This document shows, one piece after another, positions 17,918 to 27,692 of a stretch of DNA of 64,000 nucleotides. A program made the translations under genes and the position numbers. This stretch comes from Chitinophagaceae bacterium (GTDB lineage: Bacteria > Bacteroidota > Bacteroidia > Chitinophagales > Chitinophagaceae), in NCBI GenBank assembly GCA_025934485.1, contig JAICXX010000013.1, forward strand, positions 1,234-65,233, read 5' to 3'. The notes under the pieces are model-generated. The model was not told where the DNA came from, searched no databases, and was given only the letters and a program-made list of their open reading frames with translations. Each line of letters starts with the position of its first letter. Within the stretch, counting starts at the first letter, position 1.

Positions 17918-18494
17918 TTACCTTAGAGCATCGATTTCGTTTTTTAGATTATCAAGCGTCTTCAAACCGCCTATATCTTCAGAATGGTCTAGCTGTTTAA
18001 ATTCAACTTCTTCTATCAACGTCATGGAGTTGTACTCGCCGATAGTGTGATCCAAATGGAGTAGGGCGCCGGTTTCGTATGTTGTTTTGTTGTAATTCGA
18101 ATTGCGATAAAACGTGAGCTGATATCGGTTATCTGCAGTTTTGATCCAGGAGAGCAGAATACCTTTTCTCATGACTTTCACCCCATCAAACGGGGATAAA
18201 GATCATCGGACCAGGTTGTCGGTATTTAACGATCTTCCAATTCGCATATTCCTTTGGGTTTTCCGCTAGATATTCGAGTGCAGGCATGCCCTCACGGTTC
18301 CCGTCGCAACTTAGGATCAGGATATATCGCTCTTGTTCATCCATCGTGATTTCTGGTATCAAATGCTTATCAAACTGAGTCAATTTTTCAGTAAGAGCGT
18401 CATAGATAGAGTAGTCAACGGACTGGCTGATGATCAGTTTTTCCAAGTCCGTCAAGTGTTCTTCAAACCATAGCCAGAATTCTTGCTTAGTCAT
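17918..18494 (-). pseudogene. hypothetical protein apparently split by a 1-nt frameshift
   Basis: ORFs 18186-18494 and 17918-18181 abut, separated by 4 nt. Removing one T from the run in ccc gtt tga tgg ggt gives ...IFIPVDGVKVMRKG... as one 190-aa protein. Confidence 0.45.
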
Positions 18495-18543
18495 GATGGT
18501 TGGAAGGTAAGATTTGTTTATGGCTTGACTGGTCCCGAATTTT

Positions 18544-18837
18544 TTGTTTGCCTTCTATTCCTTTGGCGAAGGACTCTACGGAGGCGTATACTATGATACC
18601 CATACGCTGGACAACTGTTTGAAGCCGGGATGCATCCTGGCCTGGGAAATGAACTATCAGCCGCTGACTCCCGAGCATGGGGCACCATTGAGGCTGCGGG
18701 TAGAGAACCAGCTGGGATATGAGATGGTTAAATGGATCAGATCTATCGAATTCCTCAGTGCTACTGACCATATCGGGAAGGGTTTTGGCGGAAAGAACGA
18801 AGATGACGAATATTATGACCTCCTGGCGGATTCATGA
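18544..18837 (+). pseudogene. 3' remnant of a molybdopterin-dependent oxidoreductase (sulfite-oxidase/YedY-like fold)
   Basis: FYSFGEGLYGGVYYDTHTL...HGAPLRLRVENQLGYEMVKWIRSIEF matches the C-terminal half of that family as I remember it. The N-terminal, Moco-binding half is missing; oppositely oriented ORFs occupy its place. Confidence 0.6.
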
Positions 18838-19383
18838 CGGTTAAGAAGTCAACCAATCCGGTATTCCACTATGTCATGGCTCATTTTATTTATTTTGCCA
18901 ATTGTTTAACAGTAATAAAATGGCATCATAGGATATATCAATGAAATAGACCTACATTTACATTTAGATGCGCAATAACAAACATATAATGTTCTTCAAC
19001 AGCGGGTCCTATCTTCCCGCAGAAGTTTGTGTATTGTCATCTGGGAAAATACATGCCTCCCAAAATTCTTTTTTTTGCATTACTCGCTACTTCTTTTCCA
19101 ATCATAAGGACTTTAGTACGCTTGCCCCGGCCTAGTAACTTATAGGTAGCGGGGTTGAGCATTTTGCTATTTCACTTTAATTTTTTTCATCTATCTGTAG
19201 CTTCAAAATCGATCTTAGATTTTGAATAACATGCTTATTATCCTCCCGATAGTAATGTTGTTTAGGCTATGTCTAAAATCAGCAATCATGTCAGAAGCTG
19301 CAAACTAAAGTTGTTCTTCTCAAGGAAGACAGAAACCCCTCAGCAGGCCTAAACAAATAAATTTCACACTTTAAATTCAGCAA

Positions 19384-19791
19384 ATGAAAAAAGCTAAAGA
19401 AGAAGTTGTTGTCGTTAAGGAAGAATACCACCTTCTTAAACAATATTTAAAAAAGTTAAACAAAATGAGTATTCGCAATAAGCTGTCGTTTCTCAACCTA
19501 AATAAAGAACTACGCAAAGCTGTGCTAGTAGACAAAGATTCTTTTCCTCCGGATATCGTTAGATTGAACTCTACAGTCATTGTGAAAGACAGAGATACAA
19601 ACCATGTCAAGACCTATACAATTGTATTGCCGGACAAAGTAGATTTCAAGCAGTCGAAGGTGTCAATCTTATCGCCGATTGGAATTGCACTAATCGGCTT
19701 TAAAAAGGGCCTTCAATTTACCTGGAGATACTTTTGTTCGAAACACAACCTGACAATACTGGAAGTATATAACTCTCCTTCCCTTAATTAG
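19384..19791 (+). CDS. GreA/GreB-family protein, Rnk-like (regulator of nucleoside diphosphate kinase type)
   Basis: 135 aa. The C-terminal half, VRLNSTVIVKDRDTNHVKTYTIVLPDKVDFKQSKVSILSPIGIALIGFKKGLQFTW....LTILEV, follows the Rnk/GreA C-terminal domain pattern. Confidence 0.7.
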   Translation: MKKAKEEVVVVKEEYHLLKQYLKKLNKMSIRNKLSFLNLNKELRKAVLVDKDSFPPDIVRLNSTVIVKDRDTNHVKTYTIVLPDKVDFKQSKVSILSPIGIALIGFKKGLQFTWRYFCSKHNLTILEVYNSPSLN

Positions 19792-19815
19792 TACAAACAG
19801 CGTAAACCTAAAATC

Positions 19816-20346
19816 ATGTTTTCCACATTAATTATAGCCATATTGATCATACTTGTCGTACTCGCACCTATTCTGATATTAAGGCGGATAAATAGATCTG
19901 AACTTAAAAAGGAAGAGAAGCTCCTGTTGCAGGAATTCGATGAATTAAGAAAAGATAATCAACTGACTATCGGCGGGATAGAAAAATTGGGTAAAAGGAT
20001 TATTGGCCTGGATAAACTAAATCGGAAAGTTTTGTTTCTAGATAAGACCAAAGAGGCCACGCAAGTTCACCTGTTCGATTTGCGAAAGCTTTCCTTTTGT
20101 GAGGTCGTTAAAACCGTAGCCAGACCTGAACGTCATATCGGGACCTTGGCGATACAATGCTCATTTAAAGATTGCAGTCACCCATCTATTTATCTAACTA
20201 TTTTTGATATTCACTTTGACAATATAAATGATTTGAGCATCATTGAAAAGAAGGCTGAATGCTGGAAGCAGAATATAAGTATATACAAAGACCATGAAAT
20301 GCAACGTCTCGGTTCCGAACTTTCATTGGATAATAAGACGCACTAA
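19816..20346 (+). CDS. hypothetical single-pass membrane protein (176 aa)
   Basis: N-terminal TM helix MFSTLIIAILIILVVLAPILIL followed by a charged coil. It lies 24 nt downstream of the Rnk-like gene. Confidence 0.55.
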   Translation: MFSTLIIAILIILVVLAPILILRRINRSELKKEEKLLLQEFDELRKDNQLTIGGIEKLGKRIIGLDKLNRKVLFLDKTKEATQVHLFDLRKLSFCEVVKTVARPERHIGTLAIQCSFKDCSHPSIYLTIFDIHFDNINDLSIIEKKAECWKQNISIYKDHEMQRLGSELSLDNKTH

Positions 20347-20375
20347 CATTCTTTTAATAAACTAAATCATATTGT

Positions 20376-21494
20376 ATGCCTGCAACGATTAGCCGGACAA
20401 AAGCAGCCTATGACTTTTCGCGGGTTCCTGAAAAACCGTCCATTGGTTTAGCTATGGCATTTCAGCCGACCGTGCAAAGCAAAAATGAAATCAGCCGTGC
20501 TATAAATTCGGTGCTCGCAAGTGTTAAATCCCGATTAGACACAACATACTCCGAAGACACCGTTTTTAGAACAATGTTAAAGCTGGAAGGCCTGGTTAAA
20601 AACCTACACTATGGCAGTGACAAAAAAAGCGTGGTGATCAGTATCGTCTCGGGAACGGAAAGAGTAATTTATCTCAACCACCATGTTGTTACCAAATTAC
20701 TTATCAACGGTCAATTTTATCTAGGAGATCTAATTGAAAAAAGGCAAACAGCGCCCCGGTTACATTTTCTACTACTAACCGATTGTTGGGCAAAACTTTA
20801 TCATTTTGAAAACCACGTTTTGCAAAGAGTTGGTTTGCATAGGACCGAGTACTACCAACCCCGCCTTTTTCCCGAACCTGACTTACGCAAATCCCGGAAT
20901 TGTGCTGTTAGTGCAACTGAAAATACGTTATTCAAAACGGTGAATTTCAATCTTTCCCATCTCTATCAAAAAACCTTCTGCCCCTTGATAATTGCAGGGG
21001 ATCCGGCCACTATAAAAGAGTTTGCAAGTGCAACTATACATAAGCATCACATAGTGGCAGCCATGTCTACGGAAAAGAGCTGTATTGGTGATGAAGCAAT
21101 ATTGGAACTGCTAAGATCCGCCACTTCTGAGGACAGCCAATTCAGGAATAAGTATTTCCTTAATATCATGTGCAATGCGTTTCGACGCAACAGTCTTCTA
21201 TTTGGACAAGAAAAGGTCGAACTAGCGTCTAAAAAAGGAGAGAATTCTTTGATGGTGATCGATAAGGAACAATTACACAAAAAACAATATGGTTCGTATT
21301 CAGGCGATACGGCATGCGACCTGACCCGCTTGGATACCATGATAGAAAAGCTTTTAAACAGTAATGGCCATGTCGAGTTCATTGATTGTGGCATGCCTGC
21401 GGCATACGACGGCGTAGTGTTATTGCAAAGAGAAGAGCATCTCCGCCCCATGAGGCTCAGCCAACGTTCTAGTGGCAAGCGTAATTTGCTTTGA
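20376..21494 (+). CDS. hypothetical protein, possibly bacterial eRF1/Pelota-like (baeRF-type) fold
   Basis: 372 aa with no GGQ motif. The block layout (…KSVVISIVSGTERVIYLNHHVVTKLLINGQFYLGDLIEK…LHFLLLTDCWAKLYHF… and C-terminal GQEKVELASKKGENSLMVIDKEQ…YDGVVLLQR) resembles baeRF families from memory only. The confidence given is for the CDS, not for the function. Confidence 0.6.
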   Translation: MPATISRTKAAYDFSRVPEKPSIGLAMAFQPTVQSKNEISRAINSVLASVKSRLDTTYSEDTVFRTMLKLEGLVKNLHYGSDKKSVVISIVSGTERVIYLNHHVVTKLLINGQFYLGDLIEKRQTAPRLHFLLLTDCWAKLYHFENHVLQRVGLHRTEYYQPRLFPEPDLRKSRNCAVSATENTLFKTVNFNLSHLYQKTFCPLIIAGDPATIKEFASATIHKHHIVAAMSTEKSCIGDEAILELLRSATSEDSQFRNKYFLNIMCNAFRRNSLLFGQEKVELASKKGENSLMVIDKEQLHKKQYGSYSGDTACDLTRLDTMIEKLLNSNGHVEFIDCGMPAAYDGVVLLQREEHLRPMRLSQRSSGKRNLL

Positions 21495-21601
21495 TAAACA
21501 AACGTAAGACTGTGAATTCAATAAATAAAGATAAATTAGTCTTTTATTAAGGTTAGTCGTACTTTTAAAATTGGAAGAGGCCCGCAAAATATCATTGTTG
21601 T

Positions 21602-22702
21602 ATGAAGAATAATACATTAATACAGATACATGAACTAGGCCAGAGTGTCTGGCTTGATTTTTTTGACCGAAAAATTATGGATACTGGAAAGCTCAAGGCG
21701 CTGATAGAAGAGTATGCTATTGGCGGGATTACTTCCAATCCATCTATTTTTGCAAAGGCTATTCGCAGTAGCTCGGACTATGATGAAGATATCGATGCAT
21801 TTTCTCGACAAACAAGTAACGACGCTGATATCTTCTACCGGCTTGCAGTTAAAGACATCAGACGTGCTGCTGATTTGTTAAAACCGATCTATGAACGAAC
21901 GAGTGGTGAAGATGGATTGGTGAGCCTTGAAGTTTCACCCCGTCTTGCTCATGATGCAGAAGGCACGATAAAGCAGGCAAGAGAATTGTGGGGGCTTGTC
22001 GACCGTAAAAATGTAATGATCAAGATTCCCGGCACCCTGGAAGGGTTAACTGCCATAAGAAAATGTATCAGCGAAGGAATAAATATAAATATTACCCTTC
22101 TATTCGGCCTGCAGCGTTATTTGCAAGTAACCTCCGCCTACATTGCCGGGTTGGAAGACCGGATCAAAGCGCATAAACCCATTGATCGGGTCATTTCCGC
22201 AGCCAGTTTTTTCCTTAGTCGTATTGATGCCCACAGCGATCCGCAACTGGAAGAAAAAGGATTGGGTAAGTTCAAAGGCGAAGTGGCTATTGCTTCTGCA
22301 AAAATGGCATATGCTCTGTATAAAACAGTTTTTACGAGGGAGCCTTTTACAGCCCTGGAAGCCAGGGGCGCAAAACGCCAGCATTTACTGTGGGCCAGCA
22401 CCAGCACTAAGGATCCTTCGTTCAGCGATGTAAAATATGTAGAAGGATTAATTGGTAAGGAAACCATTAATACGATAACCAATGAAACGTTGGAAGCTTT
22501 CCGTGATCATGGTCGGGCGGCGAGCCACTTGGAAGATGGCTTGACGAAGGCCGGAGTCATACTGACGCAGATGAAAAAGAAAGGGATTGATATTGATATC
22601 ATTGCGCAAGAACTGGAAGACGAAGGCATCAGGAAATTCGATCAGGCATACGATGAGATTCTGGAAGCCGTTAAGAGGAAAAGACTCAAACAGCCTATAT
22701 GA
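21602..22702 (+). CDS. tal: transaldolase (long, about 366-aa type)
   Basis: GQSVWLDFFDR, GITSNPSIF and the Schiff-base lysine context NVMIKIPGT. Confidence 0.9.
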   Translation: MKNNTLIQIHELGQSVWLDFFDRKIMDTGKLKALIEEYAIGGITSNPSIFAKAIRSSSDYDEDIDAFSRQTSNDADIFYRLAVKDIRRAADLLKPIYERTSGEDGLVSLEVSPRLAHDAEGTIKQARELWGLVDRKNVMIKIPGTLEGLTAIRKCISEGININITLLFGLQRYLQVTSAYIAGLEDRIKAHKPIDRVISAASFFLSRIDAHSDPQLEEKGLGKFKGEVAIASAKMAYALYKTVFTREPFTALEARGAKRQHLLWASTSTKDPSFSDVKYVEGLIGKETINTITNETLEAFRDHGRAASHLEDGLTKAGVILTQMKKKGIDIDIIAQELEDEGIRKFDQAYDEILEAVKRKRLKQPI

Positions 22703-23133
22703 TTACGCAATTTTATAAATTAACAGATGAAGAACGGGAATTATTATACAAAGTTCCCGTTTTAATCTCGGTGCTTGCTTCCTGTTTTTGCGAAAATCAG
22801 AAACGGCCAAATGCAGAAGCAATCAGATCGGCATATTTGAAAACCTTTATGGTTAATCCTTTATTACTTCCTTACTATAACGAAGTGGAAAAAAGCTATA
22901 TAGGACAATTTGAAAGTGCTATCAAGCAATATTTTCCCTTTGTCGAGCCTATGCGGGTCACTCTTAATAGAGAAATAGGTAGGGCCAATCGCGCTATCAG
23001 CAAATTGGACAGAGAGTATGCACACATGTTACATCAAAGCCTTGAAAAATACGCGAGGCATGTTAAAAGGACCGCGGACAGCGTTTGTTCAGATCTGATT
23101 TTCCCGGCCGATATTTCGGCATTAGCAGAGTAA
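22699..23133 (+). CDS. hypothetical helical protein (144 aa)
   Basis: ATGA overlap with the transaldolase stop. I recognise no family. Confidence 0.55.
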   Translation: MITQFYKLTDEERELLYKVPVLISVLASCFCENQKRPNAEAIRSAYLKTFMVNPLLLPYYNEVEKSYIGQFESAIKQYFPFVEPMRVTLNREIGRANRAISKLDREYAHMLHQSLEKYARHVKRTADSVCSDLIFPADISALAE

Positions 23134-23144
23134 ATAATTTCAAA

Positions 23145-23561
23145 ATGGAAAATAAATTTAATGATGCAACCGCGCAACGTCCCGAAGGAGAGCGTGTTAT
23201 CGATGGCGCGCTCGTCGCTATTGATTTACCATTATTTATGGAACAGATCAAAGAGGAGGCGCCCTGGAAAGAAAGCGATAGAAATGCCATCACCGTTTTT
23301 AAAACCAATGGCCTTCGAATTGTGCTTATCGCATTGCATAAGGGTGCGGAAATGAACAGGCATACTGCCGATGGAATTATCAGCCTGCAAGTATTGGAGG
23401 GCCGGCTGCAATTTCATATGGACCGGCGGTCGGTACAATTATGCAAAGGCCAAATGCTTGCCTTGCATGAAAGAATTCCGCATAGCGTTTTGGCAATAGA
23501 AGAGACTCTTTTTTTGTTGACGCTCACCACCACTTTAACTGTAGAATCTACTCACCTATAA
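23145..23561 (+). CDS. cupin-domain protein
   Basis: The start is taken at MENKFND (ATG 23145). The stretch LIALHKGAEMNRHTADGIISLQVLEGRLQF...GQMLALHERIPHSV fits a cupin beta-barrel with His ligands. Confidence 0.65.
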   Translation: MENKFNDATAQRPEGERVIDGALVAIDLPLFMEQIKEEAPWKESDRNAITVFKTNGLRIVLIALHKGAEMNRHTADGIISLQVLEGRLQFHMDRRSVQLCKGQMLALHERIPHSVLAIEETLFLLTLTTTLTVESTHL

Positions 23562-23572
23562 ACCTCCATTCC

Positions 23573-24244
23573 GTGGAAGAATATATTGTGAAAATAAGGT
23601 CGATAAACAAGGTTACTCACGACGTATTGAAAATCATAACTGAAAAACCTTCCGGGTATCGATTTACTCCGGGCCAGGCAACCGAAATTTCCATAAACAA
23701 AGCTGGATGGGACAAAGAACGAAGACCTTTTACTTTCACCAGTCTTCCGGAGGACCATTACCTGGAGTTTACCATCAAGACATACCCGTGGCATAAAGGC
23801 GTCACCAACGAGCTTTTGACACTTAGGCAGAATGATGAATTGATTTTACACGATGTGTTTGGAGCTATCGCTTTCAAAGGAGAGGGCGTCTTTATTGCGG
23901 GTGGAGCAGGCGTTACTCCATTTATTTCCATCTTTCGCTTCCTTAGGTCAAAAAATGAACTACACAACAACAAACTGCTCTTTGCCAATAAAACAAAATC
24001 CGATATAATCCTGGAAAAGGAATTTAGCGAATTATTGGGTAACAATTTTATTAACATCCTTTCAGATGAAAAAGTGGCAGGATGCGAGTATGGGTTTATT
24101 TCTGAAGGACTTCTGAGGCAACATATTAGGACCTCGGACACAAAGATCTATTTGTGCGGCCCCGAACCCATGATGGAAGCGATCGAAAAGCAATTGGCCC
24201 TTTTAGGTATTGGTGAAGAGTCGATTATAAAAGAGGGGATTTGA
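23573..24244 (+). CDS. FNR-like FAD/NAD(P)-binding oxidoreductase (about 220-aa flavodoxin-reductase type)
   Basis: The RPFTFTS (RxYS-type FAD) motif and the GGAGVTPF (NAD(P) binding) motif are present. GTG start. Confidence 0.8.
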   Translation: MEEYIVKIRSINKVTHDVLKIITEKPSGYRFTPGQATEISINKAGWDKERRPFTFTSLPEDHYLEFTIKTYPWHKGVTNELLTLRQNDELILHDVFGAIAFKGEGVFIAGGAGVTPFISIFRFLRSKNELHNNKLLFANKTKSDIILEKEFSELLGNNFINILSDEKVAGCEYGFISEGLLRQHIRTSDTKIYLCGPEPMMEAIEKQLALLGIGEESIIKEGI

Positions 24245-24309
24245 CAGTAAAAGTAGAAACCTGTTTGAGAGTACAGTTTTAGTTATCCGTTTAAATCAGG
24301 AGGTTAATT

Positions 24310-24685
24310 ATGAAACTAAAAATCAAAAGAGTATATGAAAAGCCGGATAAAGAGGACGGCACACGCATCCTTGTAGACAGGCTATGGCCGAGGGGACTGA
24401 CAAAAGAAAAAGCAGCCATCGATCTGTGGTTGAAGGAAATAGCTCCGAGCACAGCGCTTCGGAAAGTGGTTTAGCCATGATCCTGGCAAATGGACAATGT
24501 TCAAGCAAAAATATCGCCAGGAAGTCAAGGAAAATAAGGACCAGGTCGCAATATTGAAGGAGCAACTTATGAAGGGAGTTGTGACTTTGGTATATGGAGC
24601 AAAAGATGAAGAACATAATGAAGCGCTTGTTCTCAAGGAATGGCTTCAACCAAAGCCATCGAAATTGACCGATAAGATTACATAA
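24310..24685 (+). pseudogene. DUF488 (YeaO-like) gene with a +1 frameshift near 24466
   Basis: [52 protein letters not shown] is followed by one extra G. The family sequence then continues in the next frame: [20 protein letters not shown]...LVYGAKDEEHNEALVLKEWL. Confidence 0.75.
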
Positions 24686-24703
24686 AACTTAAACTATCGA
24701 AAA

Positions 24704-24853
24704 ATGAAAAAAATATTAATCTCATTGGATTATGAACTTGGTGCGAAAAAAGTCGCAGAAGCCGCGTACAATTTAGCAAAGGCGTTGGATGCTCAGGCAA
24801 TTTTGCTACATATAACGTCCAATGCGACTTATTATTCTTCTTTAAACTATTGA
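24704..24853 (+). pseudogene. N-terminal stub (49 aa) of a universal stress protein (UspA family)
   Basis: MKKILISLDYELGAKKVAEAAYNLAKALDAQAILLHITSNATYYSSLNY-stop matches the first third of Bacteroidota USPs. The rest is missing, and acnA starts 40 nt later. Confidence 0.6.
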
Positions 24854-24892
24854 TCAGGCACCGGATTGGCAAGGCAATTAAAAGGTATAGTT

Positions 24893-27667
24893 ATGACCAA
24901 AGATCCCTTCCATTTAAAAAGCACCTTAACTACGGCGGGTGGAACCTTTACTTATTATAACCTGGAGGAACTTGAAAAGAAAGGTTACGGCATTGGCAAA
25001 ATGCCTTTTTCCATCCGGATCCTATTGGAAAATGCCCTCCGTAATTTCGATGATTTTGCCGTTACCAAAGAGCATATAGAAAGTCTTCTCGGGTGGAAAC
25101 CCATTGGCTCCGATAAAGTTATTCCTTTTATGCCGGCCCGGGTATTGATGCAGGACTTCACCGGTGTTCCCGCCGTAGTAGATATTGCATCCCTTCGGGC
25201 GGAAATAGCCAGGAAAGGGGCAGATCCGGATAAGATCAATCCCCTGATACCCGTTGACCTGGTCATCGACCATTCTGTGCAGGTGGATTATTTCGGTACG
25301 GAATATGCGTACGGCCGTAACATGGAAGAAGAGTATAAACGCAACAAAGAGCGGTATCAATTTCTAAAATGGGCACAAAAAGCCTTTGACAATTTCAGCG
25401 TGGTTCCACCGGGAATGGGTATTTGTCACCAGGTCAACCTGGAATATTTGTCTCAGTGCGTAATCGAACGAAACGATGAAGTCTTCCCTGACACGCTGGT
25501 AGGTACCGATAGTCATACACCCATGGTAAACGGAATCGGCGTGCTGGGATGGGGTGTCGGTGGAATCGAAGCCGAAGCGGCGATCCTTGGGCAACCGATC
25601 TATTTTATTATGCCTGAAGTGATCGGATTGAAACTGACCGGCAGACTTCCTCCCGGCTCAACCGCCACGGATATGGTGTTGGCAATTGCCCTGCTTTTGC
25701 GAAAATATGGCGTCGTAGGCAAATTTGTAGAGGTCTTTGGGTCCGGTCTCAATTCTCTGTCTGTTCCGGACCGCGCCACCATCGGCAATATGTCGCCGGA
25801 ATTTGGTTGTACCAGCACCTATTTTCCGGTTGATGACAAGACGTTGGAGTATATGCAAAAAAGCAACCGATCTGAAAAAAAGCTGAATTTAGTGAAAGAC
25901 TATTGCAAAGCCAATATGCTCTGGAGAACAGGTTCCGAGAAAATTGACTATACCGATGTGGTGGAGCTGGATCTATCGACCATAGAGCCGACAGCCGCCG
26001 GCCCAAAGCGACCCCAGGATAAAATATTGATAAAAGACCTCAAATCGAAATTTATAGACCTGTTGGATCAAACCTATGGGCGGAAATATACTCAGACCGA
26101 GGCGCAAATAGAACGCTGGTCTGCCGAAGGGGGCAGTCAGCCCGGTCACCCCCGCTTGCCGATGCCTCAAACGACGAAAATAGAAGAAAAGCTGGTAGAT
26201 GGAATGAAAACAGTTTGGATAACTGTTGGACAGGAGAAATGGATGCTCTCAGATGGCGCGGTTGTTATTGCGGCCATCACCTCCTGCACCAATACCTCTA
26301 ACCCATTCGTTATGATCGGTGCAGGGTTGGTTGCGAGAAAAGCCCGGGAACGCGGCCTGGATATAAAGCCGTGGGTTAAAACGTCTCTCGCCCCGGGGTC
26401 AAAAGTAGTAACCGACTACCTCAGGAAAGCGGATCTGTTAAACGACTTGGAAGCGTTGCAGTTTCATGTTGTAGGATATGGCTGCACCTCTTGCATTGGA
26501 AATTCAGGGCCTTTGCCGCCGTATGTTGCTAAGGCTGTGGATGAATATGACCTGGTGGTCGCTTCCGTTCTTTCCGGAAACCGGAACTTTGAAGCCAGGA
26601 TACACCCGCAGGTAAGGATGAATTTCCTCATGTCCCCGATGCTTGTCGTCATCTATGCCCTTACGGGCCGGGTAGATATCGATATCGTGAATGACCCGAT
26701 AAGTTTCGATCCCAATCGGCAACCGGTTTATTTGAAAGATATTTGGCCTTCAGACGACGAAATTATTGAACTGATGAACCGCGTTGTCTCCCCGAAAGAT
26801 TTTGCCCGGAACTATTGCGAGATATTCGAAGGCAATGAGATATGGAAAAATCTGGCTGTGCGGGAGGATAAATTGTATATCTGGGACGATCGCTCTACCT
26901 ATATAAAAGAAGCCCCATTCTTTAACAATATTTCCGATGATCCGACACCTTTAATGGATATTAAAGAGGCAAGGATATTGTTGATGCTCGGCGATAACAT
27001 TACCACCGATCATATTTCCCCGGCAGGGTCTTTTAACGAGAGATCTTCCGCCGGTGAATACCTGACTGGCCTGGGAGTAAAAAAGCAAGATTATAATTCA
27101 TATGGCTCCCGCCGGGGAAATGATGAGGTGATGGTACGCGGTACATTTGCCAATGTTCGTATTAAAAACAAGCTATCCGGAAAGGAAGGCGGTTATACAA
27201 GGTATTTGCCGGATGGCGAAGAAATGTCGGTGTATGACGCTTCGGTTAAATACCGGCAAAATAAAATAGCCCTGGTCGTACTGGCCGGTAAGGAGTATGG
27301 AAGCGGCTCCTCACGGGATTGGGCCGCAAAGGGAACTTCTTTGTTAGGTGTTAAAGCCGTAATAGCGGAAAGTTATGAACGCATCCACCGAAGCAATTTG
27401 GTGGGAATGGGTGTTTTGCCGATCCAGTATAAAGATGGTGACAATGCCGAAAGGCTGGGCCTTACCGGCAAAGAAGTGTTGACCATATCGGGGATTGCCA
27501 ACAACCTGAAACCCTCAAAGGAGGTCCTGGTCATCGCAAAAAGAGAAGATGGCAAAGAATTGAAGTTTCAGGCCATTGCCCGGCTGGATTCCAACATCGA
27601 GATCGAGTATTATCGGCATGGAGGGATATTGCAATATGTATTGCGTAAGTTTTTAAAGAAAAAATGA
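24893..27667 (+). CDS. acnA: aconitate hydratase A
   Basis: 924 aa from ATG 24893. Fe-S ligand contexts are ITSCTNTSNP and GYGCTSCIGNSG, and the swivel domain is marked by GKEYGSGSSRDWAAKG. Confidence 0.95.
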   Translation: MTKDPFHLKSTLTTAGGTFTYYNLEELEKKGYGIGKMPFSIRILLENALRNFDDFAVTKEHIESLLGWKPIGSDKVIPFMPARVLMQDFTGVPAVVDIASLRAEIARKGADPDKINPLIPVDLVIDHSVQVDYFGTEYAYGRNMEEEYKRNKERYQFLKWAQKAFDNFSVVPPGMGICHQVNLEYLSQCVIERNDEVFPDTLVGTDSHTPMVNGIGVLGWGVGGIEAEAAILGQPIYFIMPEVIGLKLTGRLPPGSTATDMVLAIALLLRKYGVVGKFVEVFGSGLNSLSVPDRATIGNMSPEFGCTSTYFPVDDKTLEYMQKSNRSEKKLNLVKDYCKANMLWRTGSEKIDYTDVVELDLSTIEPTAAGPKRPQDKILIKDLKSKFIDLLDQTYGRKYTQTEAQIERWSAEGGSQPGHPRLPMPQTTKIEEKLVDGMKTVWITVGQEKWMLSDGAVVIAAITSCTNTSNPFVMIGAGLVARKARERGLDIKPWVKTSLAPGSKVVTDYLRKADLLNDLEALQFHVVGYGCTSCIGNSGPLPPYVAKAVDEYDLVVASVLSGNRNFEARIHPQVRMNFLMSPMLVVIYALTGRVDIDIVNDPISFDPNRQPVYLKDIWPSDDEIIELMNRVVSPKDFARNYCEIFEGNEIWKNLAVREDKLYIWDDRSTYIKEAPFFNNISDDPTPLMDIKEARILLMLGDNITTDHISPAGSFNERSSAGEYLTGLGVKKQDYNSYGSRRGNDEVMVRGTFANVRIKNKLSGKEGGYTRYLPDGEEMSVYDASVKYRQNKIALVVLAGKEYGSGSSRDWAAKGTSLLGVKAVIAESYERIHRSNLVGMGVLPIQYKDGDNAERLGLTGKEVLTISGIANNLKPSKEVLVIAKREDGKELKFQAIARLDSNIEIEYYRHGGILQYVLRKFLKKK

Positions 27668-27692
27668 AACGTGTACTTTTAAAAATAGCATC

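Noticed and set aside
24704-27667. USP stub in the same frame as acnA: possible TGA read-through fusion protein
   Set aside because: Frame identity has a one-in-three chance of arising by accident. The stub ends where the USP fold would be incomplete. The linker has no homology, and acnA has its own ATG with a normal N-terminus.
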